Assembly: GCF_009914755.1 (NCBI RefSeq)
Contig: NC_060929.1
Reading direction: 5' to 3' (one strand)
DNA: 64,000 nt
Origin: the human T2T-CHM13v2.0 reference genome, Homo sapiens
Shown here: positions 1 to 13,050 of the stretch, one piece after another
Numbering within the stretch: position 1 is the stretch's first letter
Layout: every line of letters starts with the position of its first letter
The notes under the pieces: generated by a model
The model's input: the letters and a program-made list of their open reading frames with translations, nothing else
Database searches by the model: none
What the model was told of the DNA's origin: nothing
Position numbers and translations under genes: made by a program

Positions 1-141
1 CACTGGGAGAAATACCTAATGTAGGTGACAGGTTGATGGGTACAGCAAACCACCATGGCACGCGTATACCTATTTAACAAACCTGCACGTTCTGCACATG
101 TATCCCAGAACTTAAAGTATAATTTAAAAAAAAGAAAGAGA
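1..141 (+). mobile_element. L1PA-type LINE-1 3' end with A-rich tail (continues upstream of window)
   Basis: gagaaatacctaatgtag...cagcaaaccaccatggcac...aacctgcacgttctgcacatgtatcccagaacttaaagtataat followed by an A-rich tail. Confidence 0.9.
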
Positions 142-926
142 AGAATAATGGTCTCCAACTCCATCCAGATTGTTGCAAATGCAGCAACAATTATTTTATT
201 CCTTTTTATGGCTGAGTAGTATTCCACGATATGTATATACCACGTTTCCTGTATCCACTCATTGATTGATGGGCATTTGGGCTGGTTCCATATTTTTGCA
301 ACTGTGAATTGTGCTGCTATAAACATGAGTGTGCAAATGTCTTTTTCATATAATGACTTCTTTTTCTCTGGGTAGATGACCAGTAGTGGGATTGCTGGAT
401 AAAATGGTAAATCTATTTTTAGTTCCTTAAAAAATCTCCATACTGTTTTCCATAGTGGTTGTACTAGTTTATATTCCCACCAGCAGTGTAAAAGTGTTCC
501 CTTTTTACCACATCCACACCAGCATGTATTTTTTTTATTTTTTAAATTATGGCCATTCTTGCAGGAGTGAGGTGGCATTGCATTGTGGTTTTGATTTGTA
601 TTTCCCTGATCATTAGTGATGTTGAGAATTTTTTCATATGTTTGCTGGCCATCTGTATATCTTGAGAATCATCTGTTCATGTCCTTAGTCCACTTTTGAT
701 TACATTATTTGCTTGTTTATTGCTGATTTCTTTGAGTTCCTTGTAGATTCTGGATATCACTCCTTTGTTAGATGCATAGTTTGTGAAGATTTTCTTCTAC
801 TCTGTGAGTTGTCTGTTTACTCTGCTGATTATTTCTTTTGCTGTGCAGAAGCTTTTTAGTTTAATTAAGTCTCACTTATTTATCTTTGTTTTTGTTGCAT
901 TTGCTTTTGGGTTCTTGGTCATGAAG
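142..926 (-). mobile_element. L1PB-like LINE-1, 3' part of ORF2, antisense
   Basis: Antisense L1 hallmarks: tttttatggctgagtagtattcc, ctgtgcagaagctttttagtttaattaagtc, ttgcttttgggttcttggtcatgaag. Confidence 0.9.
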
Positions 927-2095
927 CAGTTGACAAAATTCAGCATCCCTTTATGATTAAGACCCTCAGCAAAAATCTGCATAGAAGGGACATACCTTAA
1001 GATAATAAAAGCCATCTATGACAAACTCACAGCTAACATTACATTGAACCAGGAAAACTTGAAAGCACTCTCCTTGAGAATGGGAACAAGACAAGGATGC
1101 CCATTTTCACCACTTCTATTCAACATAGTACTGAAAGTCCTAGACAGAGCAATCAGACAAGAGAAAGAAATACAGAGCATCCAAATCAGTAAAGAGGAAG
1201 TCAAACTGTTGCTGTTTGCTGATGATGTGATTGTATACCTAGAAAGCCCTAAAGACTCCTCCAGAAAGCTCCTAGATCTGATGAATGAATTCAGTAAAGT
1301 TTCAGGATACAAAATCAATGTACACAGATCAGTAGCACTGCTATACACCAACAGCAACCAAGCTGAGAATCAAATCAAGAACCCAACCGCTTTTACAATA
1401 GTTGCAAAAAAATAAAATACTTAGGAATATACCTAACCAAAGAGGTGAAAGACTTCTAAAGGAAAACTATGAAATACCACTGAAAGAAATCATAAGTGAC
1501 ACAAACAAATGGAAACACATCCCATGCTCAGGGATGGGTAGAATTAATATTATGAAAATGACCATACTGCCAAAAGCAATCTACATTCAATGCAATTCCC
1601 ATCAAAATACCATTATCATTCTTCACAGAACTAGAAAAAACAATCCTAAAATTCATATGGAACCAAAAAAGAGCCTGTATAGCCAAAGCAAGACTAAGCA
1701 AAAAGAACAAATCTGGAGTCATCACACTACCCGACTTCAAACTATCCTATAAGGCCATAGTCACCAAAACAGCATAGTACTGGTATAAAAATAGGCACAC
1801 AGACCAATATGTACCCAGAAATAAATAGAGAGCCCAGAAATAAAGCCAAATACTTACAGCCAACTGATCTTTGACAAAGCAAACAAAAACGTAAAGTGGG
1901 GAAAGGACATCCTATTCAACAAATGGTGCTGGGATCATCGGCAAGCCACATACAGAAGAAGGAAACTGGATCCTCATATCTCACCTTATACAAAAATCAA
2001 CTCAAGATAGATCAAAGACTTAAATCTAAGACCTGAAACCATAAAACCACTAGAATAACATCAGAAAAACCCTTCTAGACATTGGCTTAGGCAAA
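924..2095 (+). mobile_element. Inverted 5' segment of the same L1 (decayed ORF2 reverse transcriptase region)
   Basis: ORF 1044-1415 reads [16 protein letters not shown]...[11 protein letters not shown] (L1 RT motif); frameshifts and stops follow; ends at attggcttaggcaaa. Confidence 0.92.
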
Positions 2096-2728
2096 TTCAT
2101 TTTTTAAAGCAACTGAATGTGTAGGAGTTTTGGGTCATTATATATTCTCCATCAACAGACCCTAAAAGTATAATCACTATCATATGGAGGCCTACAATTT
2201 TTTAACACTAAAATGGGTACCTCAACACAATAAGCTTAGAAAACAATGATCTTGAAAGGGCTTAAACAGTTGTCACCAAACTCACACATACTACTATGTG
2301 GGAAAAAAAATCACAGTTCCACACTGCAGCCTCATTCACTCTTGTTTAAAAAGAAATTTTAAGATACTTGACTAATCCTTTTTCCAAAATTAAAAGTTGT
2401 ACATTAGGAAGGCAGAAAAACATAAAAGAAATGCTCAATTGATTTAACCTTATAACTTTTTACAATTTCTGTGTATCACAAATTCTCCATAAAAATTAAA
2501 ACCATAAACTGGAGGAAAGGTATATGAAATAAACATAAGCATAAGGGTTAATAGCCTTAATATGTATATCAGTTTTTTACCTATTTGATTGATCACAGAT
2601 GCTTAAAAATAATAAAACTTAATAGCATCAATCTGGTGAGAAGGGATTTACACACTCCTGGTTGGAATATTAACTACTACTTTCCTAGAAAACGAATGCC
2701 CAAGTGTAACAATATCTTTTTAAGAACT

Positions 2729-3350
2729 AGCTTTATCAAAATATAATTGGCATATAATAAACTATACATAAGTGTATTATTTGATAAATTCTGATATATA
2801 TATGTACCCCTATGAAACCATCACCACAATCCAGATAGGAAACATATTCATCACCCAAAATATTCCTTGAGCCCCGTTGTAAACCCTCTCCACCACTTCT
2901 TCCCACTCTTCCATCCCTAGACAACGATTGCTATGCTTTCTGTCACTCTAGATTAGTTTGCATTTTTTCAAGCTTTATATAAACGGAATCACACAGTATA
3001 TTCTCCTTTTTTGTCTGGTTTCTCTCATGCAGCAAAATGATTTTGGAATTCATCTATGTTGTTGCACATAAAAATAGTTGATTGCTCTTTATTGCTGAGT
3101 AGTATTCCATTCTATGAATACATTGCAGTTTATTTATCCAATGATGAAATTTGGGTTTCTTCTAATTTTTGTCTATTACAGTAAAGCTGCTATTAGCATT
3201 TATGTAAAAGTCTTTCTGTGGACATATATTTCCTCTCTTCTTGGGTTAGTACCTAGGAGTGGGTCATATGGTAAGACAACTTTGGAAGACACTGCCAAAC
3301 TGTTTTCTAAAGAGGTTATACCATTTTAAACTCTCACAAGCAATGTATGA
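2729..3350 (-). mobile_element. Old L1M (L1MB/MC-like) 3' region
   Basis: agctttatcaaaatataattggcatataataaact...tttattgctgagtagtattccatt, typical antisense L1M 3' sequence. Confidence 0.75.
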
Positions 3351-3825
3351 GAAGAGGAGGGATGCTGCTATCAGCAACAATTGGTATGGTCGATGAAATT
3401 GGGCTTAAAAAAAAACAAGCAAAACTCTAGAATGTGATCAATTAATCTCACATCTGAGCATGAATCTTTTAAAAAAATTAAAAATAAGGATAAAATACCC
3501 ACAAATATTCATCATAAATTTAATTAGTTTTAAAAATTCAAATTGCCTGAATGTTAAATCATGAGAGATGAGGTAAATTAAAATTGTACATCTTATGATA
3601 AAACTCTATTCAATCATTTTGTAAAATAGCTCAATAATATGAAATATATATTAATATATATTCAGTATGATTGAATTTTCATACATATGTGTAATGAGGA
3701 AGGGAGGAGGGGAGAACTAGATGGAAAAATGCTTATTCTTCATACTTGTTTGTATTTTCTTCTCCATATTTGTTTGTATCTTTCTATTTTCTAGGTAAGT
3801 TTGTTTATTACAATCAGAAAAAAAA

Positions 3826-4054
3826 TTTTTTTTTTTTTTGAGATGGAGTTTCTCTCTGTTCCCCAGGCTGGAGTGCAATGGCACGATCTCAGCTCACTGC
3901 AACCTCCGCCTCCCAGGTTCAAGCAATTATCTGCCTCAGCCTCCCGAGTAGCTGGGATTACAGGTGCCCACCACCACGCCCGGCTAATTTTTTGTATTTT
4001 TAGTAGAGACGGGGTTTCACCATCTTGGTCAGGCTTGAACTCCTGACCTCGTGA
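3826..4054 (-). mobile_element. 5'-truncated AluS
   Basis: Poly-T then gagatggagttt...ctcctgacctcgtga; TSD tacaatcagaaaa at 3809 and 4055. Confidence 0.95.
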
Positions 4055-4073
4055 TACAATCAGAAAATTTTAA

Positions 4074-4701
<628 letters not shown>

Positions 4702-5304
4702 TGCACCAACATTTTTTAAAAGAGTAAAGAAGTAAAAATGAGAGGGCAAGGCATGAGACGTGACTGCCAAATGCAGACTGGCGTGGAAGGAGAGTGAAAA
4801 TGAGCAGGTGCAGAACTAGAAAAGCCCAGCTCCATGCAACACAAATTTTGAGACGGAGGGAAATACATATATCTTACCACAGGATTAATAAAAATTGTTC
4901 CTACTAATATAATCAATACTCTGATCATAAAGGCAAGGAAGTTTATAATACAATCTTAAAATATCTCCATCCAAAAAAAGTTGTTAAAGTAGAAAAGTTT
5001 TTTCTGTGAAATAAATAAATTCCTTGACGGCATTAGGTGCATGTAGAACCTATTACCATTAAGTGGTGGCATTTGACACCATAAAGAGGTTTAGGGAAGA
5101 TGTGGAATCTATTAGGTGTTACAACAGAAGATGGTCATGTGAGCATCCACTGCCACCCAGCAAAGCCCAGGGCCCTGTGGCAATGGGGCATCAGTTCAAA
5201 GGTGAGGAGGGTGAGAGCAGGGGGTTCTGCCCAGGAGGACTGGGAGACAGGTGTGAGAGTCCCAGCAGACACTGGGCACCAGGTATGGTGTGACCAAAAA
5301 GAGA

Positions 5305-5620
5305 TAGGGGTGGAGATGGCTGATGGATTCAAAAAAAAAAATAGAAAGAATGAATAAGACCTACTATTTGATAGCACAACAGGGTGACTATAGTCAATAA
5401 TAACTTAATTGCACATTTTTAAATAACCAAAAGAGTATAATTGGATTGTGTGTAACACAAAGGAATGCTTGAGGGGATGGATAGCCCATTCTCCATGATG
5501 TGATTATTATGCATTGCATATTTGTATCAAAACATCTTATGTACCCCATAAATATATATACCTAGTATGTACCCGCAAAATTTAAAAATTAAATAATTTT
5601 TTTTAAGTTTAAAAAAAAAG
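5305..5620 (+). mobile_element. L1MA-type 3' end
   Basis: gaatgaataagacctactatttgatagcacaacagggtgactatagtcaataataac...gtaccccataaatatatatacc plus A-rich tail. Confidence 0.88.
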
Positions 5621-6210
5621 AAAACGAAAAGAGAGAGAGAGACTGGGACCTGACAAGCCCATGCCTCATCTCTGGCCTAAAAGTTGAAAAATCTGCCCAC
5701 CTGGAACCACGTCTTATTCCTTTTTGGGGAAGGTGGGGAGTAATCACGGAAGACAATGGAAAGTGAGAACTAGCCTCATGGGTGGGTGAGAGCAAAAGGT
5801 GGATACACTGAGAGAATGAAAGAGGAGACCCAAGAATCTAGCCGCAGGCTCAAAGTTGAGCCCCTGAGTTGTTGGAAATTGGTGACAGTTGTTGAAACAG
5901 ACTCAGTGGATCTCAGAGTTGACCAGGCGGCTCTGCCCAGGAGGCCTTCTGGAGCTCAAGCATCATGTGGTAGGCTGGGAAATGAACGGCCCCTTCTCAA
6001 CAGAGGGCTTCTAGACATTTCTATGCACAGAGTCACCTTACAAAGGAACACTCACACCAGAGCAAACTGCGAGGTGATGAGGTCCCAAGAGATGGGTCTT
6101 CAGTAGTGGGCTTGAAAAAACTGGAATTCTAATCAAGAACTTTAGTTCTTTTGATTTGCTGGCTTTTCTTTGCTAGGACCCAGCTCTGAGATGCAGATTC
6201 TTGCTGGAGA

Positions 6211-6287
6211 GGGTTGGGGAGGGAGGGAGGGAGGGAGAGAAGGAGGGAGGGGAGAGAGAGAGAGAGAGACAGAGACAGAGAGAGAGA
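6211..6287 (+). repeat. (GGGA)n/(GA)n purine tract
   Basis: gggttggggagggagggagggaggg...gagagagagagacagagacagagagag. Confidence 0.9.
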
Positions 6288-6712
6288 CCCAAAGATCTCT
6301 CTGATACTGAAAGCTGGGGAAAAAATTATCAGTTGAGTCCACAGACTCTTGAATTGAGTTTCCTTGAATCCAACATTCAGATAGCTACTTTCATTATCCA
6401 AAAATTCCCTGGTCTCTCCAGCCTGTAGATGGAAATGAAGGCATGTTGACCTTAAAAACAGATTCCCTACTCTTGCCTTATCCGGTCCTTGGAGATCCTC
6501 CATCTCCTAACATTCCCCAAGGAGTGTCTCTTACAGGCTCATAAGTCCATCTATCATCTGTGATCACGATGCAGGATCAGCCATGTCTTCCCTCTGCCTT
6601 ATCTACATTCTCCCCGACACTCAACAAGAGAGTCTCATTTCTGTTGCTTCTGACAGTACCCATCACAAATACATCAACATATGCCAACATCCACTCCAAA
6701 AGTGCCTCTCCT

Positions 6713-7010
6713 GGTGGGGCACGGTGGCTCACACCAGTAATCTCAGCACTTTGGGAGGCCAAGGTGGTTGGATCATCTGAGGTCAGGAGTTCAAGGCCAG
6801 CCTGGCCAACATGGTGAAACCCCATCTCTACTAAAAATACAAAAATTAGCTGGGCATGCTGGCTCACGCCTGTTATCCCAGCTACTCAGGAGGCTGAGGC
6901 AGAAGAATCACTTTAACCCAGGAGGTGGAGGTTGCAGTGAGCCGAGATTGTGCCACTGCACTCTAGCCTGGGCAACAGAGTGAGACTCTATCTCAAAAAA
7001 AAAAAAAAAA
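6713..7010 (+). mobile_element. AluS
   Basis: Full Alu with poly-A; TSD gtgcctctcct at 6702 and 7012. Confidence 0.95.
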
Positions 7011-7647
7011 TGTGCCTCTCCTGACACCTCTAGTGCTTACAGATTCATTCTGCCTTCTATACCCAAGTGAAAAATCCCCTTTCCCTGACTCTGCATCACT
7101 CTGTCGTATGGGACAGGGCATCCTTCAGCAACTCCATAACTTATGGGGTCCTTTGCAAAAATGGCAACTTCAGCTTCTCTCCTTAAGCCTTTTCACCATC
7201 ACATTTAGGGACTGGGCTGGGACACTAAGGCATTCCTTCCATCACCCTTCCTTCTCCCTCTGCTCCAGGTTCTCCCTCTACCAGAAATCTCCTTAAACTA
7301 AAACTCATGCAAATAAAGAACTAAAGGGGTTCAAAGTGATTATGTTTCTGAGACCTGTATTTTTGCTAGATTTCCACTAGTCTACCTCTCCTCAAACCCA
7401 ATAGGAGTAAACTGAATTCTTCCCGCAAACCTCTCCACCACTACCCCCTTTTCTCTTGATCCTCTCTCTCAACTCCACCTCTATTCACCAAGTCCCAACG
7501 AGCTTTTCCTGTTTTCTTCTGTCCTCTTCCATCCTCAGCACTGCAAGGCTCACATCGGGACAATGAGACAACCTCTACCTGGGCTCCAATCTTTCTCTCT
7601 GTCTCTCTCTGGTCCATGGGACCAACACTCTGTCAGAGCAAGGCTGC

Positions 7648-8013
7648 TGTCTTAATCCATTTGGGCTGCTGTAGCAAAATACCCTAGACTGAGTAATAGG
7701 TAAACAACAGAAATGTATTGCTCACAGTTCCGGAGGCTGGGGAAGTCCAAGATCAAGGTGCCAGCAGATTCGGTGCCTGGTGACGGTTCTTCATTGATGG
7801 TATCTTCCATCTGTTCCCACACAGCAGAAAGGGCAACCAAGCTCCCGGCCCTCTTTTATCAGGGCAGTAATTCCATTCATGAGGGCTCCACCCTCATGAC
7901 TTAATCACCTCCCCAAGGTCTCAGTTCCTAATAACACTACACTGGGAATTAGGTTTCAGCATATGAACTGGGGTGGGGGGCGGGGGGAGGCCACAAACAT
8001 TTAGACCACAGCA
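7648..8013 (-). mobile_element. MaLR solo LTR (MLT1A/MST-like)
   Basis: tgtcttaatccatttgggctgct...gctcacagttccggaggctggggaagtccaagatcaaggtgccagcagattc...aaacatttagaccacagca; TG..CA ends; flanks gctgc/actgc. Confidence 0.88.
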
Positions 8014-8563
8014 ACTGCTAAAGCACATCTCTGGTTGTAGCCCATTACACGCACACACACTCACGCACAGCGATGCTGGACTAGACAGTCACCCATGGAG
8101 CAAAGAAAGTCATGCTGCATTACCCCGTAAGCATCAGTAATAGCAGCCATTTCCCATGCCCCTGAATCATGCACTCTAAATATCGTATTTTATCAATCCT
8201 CACCCAATTCTGTAAGATAGTAGCTATTGCTCCATTTTATAGATAAGGAAAATGAGGTTCGGGTACTTACTTTGCTTTTCCTTTATAAACAGAGGCTCTA
8301 AACATATTTGGAGTCTCAAAACACTGTGAGAATCTAGCAATAGCTATGGACCCTGTGAAGGCCATCTGTGTGCCTCCCACTACTGTGTCCCAGGTTAAGA
8401 ATCCCAGCTTGACTCTACCTTTCACTGTCCCCAGAAGCAGGCCTCTAGGATGTTAATTTTATTTTCACTTAGTGAGCTTGGAGGTTTTCTTTTCTTTTTA
8501 CTTTTCAGCACATTCTGCACCCCTGGAATGGGGTCAAGCATCCAGCTCAGAATTCTAAAACAT

Positions 8564-8588
8564 GAGAGAGAGAGAGAGAGAGAGAGAG
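8564..8588. repeat. (GA)n microsatellite
   Basis: Direct reading. Confidence 0.95.
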
Positions 8589-9179
8589 GAATAGCCATTA
8601 TCCCTGACACTGTCCCTCAACTCCCCACAAAAAGCCAATTCCAGTTTCCTGAAATGTGTAAGAGGCATTTTCCCCTGCACAGCCAATGTGCCTTTGAAAG
8701 AGATGAGCAGAAGAGAGGCTACAGCTGCATGGAAAGTAACCCACAGGGTCAAGAAACCAAGGACTTCCCTTCAGGAAGATCAGGAATTAATCTGATTGGT
8801 GTCAGAAATACTTCCTCATGGCACTAGGATTTAAACTCATGGCACCAAAAGAACAAGGGCCCTCCAGCTATATAATCACCAAAATGCCTCCTGCAGCCCT
8901 GGGTTAATAGGCTGTCACTCAGACAGGTTGAGTCAGAAACCATCCACAGCAATGACAAAACAAAGCCTCTTCCTCTCCTTCTCACTCACTCATCCATCCA
9001 TCTATACATGCAAACATTTATAGGACACCTATTGTATGCCCATGGGTTTAGCTGTGTCCCTGTTTTCAATGAGCTCACAGCATAGAGGGAGAGACAAATG
9101 ATTAAATGGATAATTATAGTGCCACATGAATGTGGATAAATGTACATTATAAGGGATGGATTAATCATGAAACAGCCAC

Positions 9180-9480
9180 ACAATAGTGTCCTATACAGCC
9201 ATTAAAAAGAATAATATAGTGTCATATTCATATCACATTTCCATTGATATGGAAAGATCTCCACAGTATATTAAATGAGGAAAGAGGGGAGCAGATTGCA
9301 AAACAGTATTTACAGTATTTTACTCTCTTTAAAATTGTATTTTATATACACATGAATGCTGGAAAGATGTTCACCAAATTATCTACTGGTTAGCTCTGGG
9401 TTGTGGGTTTTTGAGGGACTTTAATTTACTATACTCTTCTTGTCTTTCTGTTTTGTTTATATAATTTAAATTTTTCTAAA
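9180..9480 (+). mobile_element. Old L1ME-like 3' fragment
   Basis: tatacagccattaaaaagaat...gatatggaaagatctccac. Confidence 0.55.
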
Positions 9481-9826
9481 TGAAATAGCTTTCTATGATA
9501 AAAATAAGAGACGTTCACTGCAGAAAATCAATGTGCCAAGTTCAGTAATGCAGACACTTGCAGGTGCACCCTGCCCCCACCCCATCCCAGCACTCACTTG
9601 GAGAACAAAATTCTCTAAGTCTCTAAAGGACTGAAAGGTAAATGAAGATGTCTAGAGTTTTCTTCTATTTTCAGTTAGCTGACTATTACGGATTAGAGTT
9701 TTCAATGCTAAAGATTTGGGAAAATAAAAAATGATACCAAATGGCCCACAATTACCTTCAATGGCAACAATGTCTTTATTTCTCAGAAGTGAGTTTACCT
9801 TGACAACCACAGCAGCTTTCACTGGA

Positions 9827-10134
9827 TTTTTCTTTTTTTTCTTTTTTTTTTTTTGAGATGGAGTCTTGTTCTATGGCCCAGGCTAGCATGCAATGGCACA
9901 GTCTAGACTCACTGCAACCTCTGCCTCCTGGGTTCAAGCGATTCTCCTGTGTCAGCCTCCCAAGTAGCTGGGACTACAGGTGCGTGCCACCACACCCGGC
10001 TAATTTATGTATTTTTAATAGAGACAGGGTTTCACCATGTTGGCCAGGCTGGTCTCAAATCCCTGACCTCATGATCCGCCCGCCTTGGCCTCCCAAAGTG
10101 CTGGGATTACAGGCGTGAACCACCACTCCCAGCC
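9827..10134 (-). mobile_element. AluS
   Basis: Full antisense Alu; TSD cactggatt at 9820 and 10135. Confidence 0.95.
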
Positions 10135-10459
10135 CACTGGATTCTTTAAGAACAGCAAACCACTCACCAGCACTATGCCTGGGCCCTCACGCCATCCCTC
10201 CAGACCCTATCTGTAAAACACACAAAAGCGGGTGAAAGAGTGTGACCCTGATTCCAGACTGCTTCTCCTGCTCTCACACTCATACAAGGTTTGGGTGTTA
10301 AGTTCATTTATTTACTTAGCAAGTGCCTTGTGAGCACCCCCACCCTTTGTATTTGGCTTATATTAGGAGCGAAGGCACAGGGCGAACAAAACAGCATGCC
10401 GCCATCCCTGTCCTTATGGAATTCAGGATCTGGTGGGGATAGGCGACTGAAACAAAGTG

Positions 10460-10680
10460 ACTCTGGAGTCAAACTCTGAGTTCAAGTCCTGGCTCCTGCT
10501 TACTAGCTGGGTGGCCTGAGCATGTTAGTTACACTTTCTGGGCTTCTGTTTCCCTGTCTCACAAAGAAGCATAATAAACTCACAAGGCTGTAACAGAGAT
10601 TCCCTGAGACAATGCATGTGAAATGCTTGGCACAGGGCCTGGCGCAAAGCAGCCCAGCTGAAGGCTAATTAATATTGTCA
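10460..10680 (+). mobile_element. MIR
   Basis: ctctggagtcaaactctgagttcaagtcctggctc...ttactagctgggtggcct...gcttggcacagggcctggc. Confidence 0.8.
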
Positions 10681-11659
10681 TCAGCACTTACACTTGTAAT
10701 TAGCTGTTATGAAAGAAGAGAGTCCAGAGGAGGGACTGGGTGCTCACAGCAGGGAAATCATTGAGCATCTCCCAGCACCACTGCCCACCTTTCCCAATAA
10801 CAGTGGTCCAGTAGGAGGAAAGAACAACTTGATCAGACTTGGCACCGTTCCTCTCTCATTAAAATCATAGCCATCAGGAACCCACAAGACTGATGCAATT
10901 TCCTGACTACAGGGTTCGACTTGGGTAATACGGAAAGGCATGCAGAGGCAGAATGCTAACACCTCCCATTCTAGGGAAATATATTGCAGGGACCCCACCA
11001 TGCTGACCTTTTCCACACAGAGTATTTTGATTAACTGGCCACTGATTCCTCCCCTGCAGGTCTGGAAGACTATAAACAGAAGAAGGGGTGAGTGGTTGAC
11101 CAGTCAAATTTTTGGTTCACTGAAAAGGTTAAGAGAGTGCAATAAAGCACAGTGACTGGAGGAGAGAGGAACCTCATCCCAAGTCACGAGAGGAGGAAGC
11201 CAGAAGGCGAAGCTGCCCCACACATTTGGCGCTGAAAGAGGCTGACATCTTTGCTTCTGGTCCTGAGCCAGGCTCAGCCTTTCTGCAGGCCAATTAATTC
11301 TAGACACAATATCTGCCCTAAATTCTTCAATGTAATTAGCACCACATGTTATCAACAGGAAGCTGGTACCCGCGGGCACTTGAGATAATTGTTTCAACAC
11401 TGGCATTTCTCTGCTTACCGTGAAAGGTCACTGCAGCCGATATATCTCTGCTATCCCCCATTCCTTTCGTTAAATGACAAAAAGCCGTCCCTTGTCGTTA
11501 CAGTTACGTCAATTCATGGGTGCAGGGCTCAGGACATCCATACAAAGGCTTCTTAGCAGTAAGTAGGCTCTAAGAGTTTGCAATAATTACTTCCTGTGAC
11601 TTCTGACATCAGCAGTGTCACACCCCCCTCATATAGGCCGTATTGCCTGACATTGTTAT

Positions 11660-11845
11660 ATTGCCTGACATCTTTGGGCTGCTGGGGCGGCTGGGGAACA
11701 TCTGCACAAGGGAGCCGCCTCTTTGCTGCCCCAGTTGCAGGAGGCCTTTACAGATGGAGCACATAGAATGACAAACAATGGCTGTTTAGAGCAGTACTGA
11801 ATGTTTTGCTCTGTCTTGTTACTTGACCTGTCAGTGCAGTGGGCT
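11660..11845 (+). repeat. Left arm of ~190-bp inverted duplication (partner 12861-13050)
   Basis: Hand alignment to the reverse complement of 12861-13050 gives ~85% identity; both arms yield the peptide NKTEQNIQ...LCAPSVKASC on opposite strands in the ORF track. Confidence 0.95.
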
Positions 11846-11882
11846 GAGAAGTACATCTTAGTTTGCTGTGAATAGGACTTAG

Positions 11883-12365
<483 letters not shown>

Positions 12366-12399
12366 TAGAACTGTCTGTTCTTCCTTTTTCTCCGGGCAC

Positions 12400-12652
12400 T
12401 CTTCTCTCACCCCTCATTTCACCTGGCTAGTGCATACTCATTATTCACCCTAGATAGCATTTCCTCTGGAAGCCTTCCCTGAAGCCCCCTGAACTAGGTA
12501 GGGGCCCAAACCCTTCAACTTTGACAATCTTGTTTCATGGTCTCTCTCCCACTAGCAGAAGAGCTGGGTAAGAGCAGGGATCTTGCCCATCTTGTTCATT
12601 CTCCTATCTCCCATGCTTGGCAAGACATTCAATAAATATTTTTGGAATGAAG
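12400..12652 (+). mobile_element. L2 3' fragment
   Basis: ttcctctggaagccttccctga...gagcagggatc...cattcaataaatatttttggaatgaa. Confidence 0.7.
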
Positions 12653-12860
12653 TTTGAACACATGGAGGGCATTCCATGCTGCACTGGCTGAGTAACATGA
12701 AATTCAGGGGGATATTAGTCCTCAGGGAGACACAATCAACACATTCTTGATTCCAGAGCAAACAGGGGCAAGAAAAACCATACTGTGACCTGGCTGCCCC
12801 AGTGCTAGTTTCCCAGCAGGCAGGAGCATCCTTCCCGGGAAACAGTACCTCTGCGTGGAA

Positions 12861-13050
12861 AGCTGACTGTACCCACAGGTCACGTAATAAGACAGAGCAA
12901 AACATTCAGTGCTGCTCTAGACAGCCAGTGCTTATTTGTCATCTATGTGCTCCATCTGTAAAGGCATCCTGCAGCTGGGGCAGCAAAAAGGGGGCATCTC
13001 TTGTGCAGACATTCCCCAGTCACCCCAGCAGCCCAAAGATGTCAGCCAAT
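12861..13050 (-). repeat. Right arm of ~190-bp inverted duplication (partner 11660-11845)
   Basis: gacagagcaaaacattcagt...tccatctgtaaaggc...cagcccaaagatgtcag is the reverse complement of the left arm. Confidence 0.95.

Noticed and set aside
1044-1752. ORFs with a reverse-transcriptase motif (FADD)
   Set aside because: Frameshifted, truncated L1 ORF2 remnant, not an intact gene or a novel RT system.
8290-8410. Similarity to 22790-22935 as a local duplication
   Set aside because: Both look like decayed copies of an old hAT-type MITE; family not identified with confidence.
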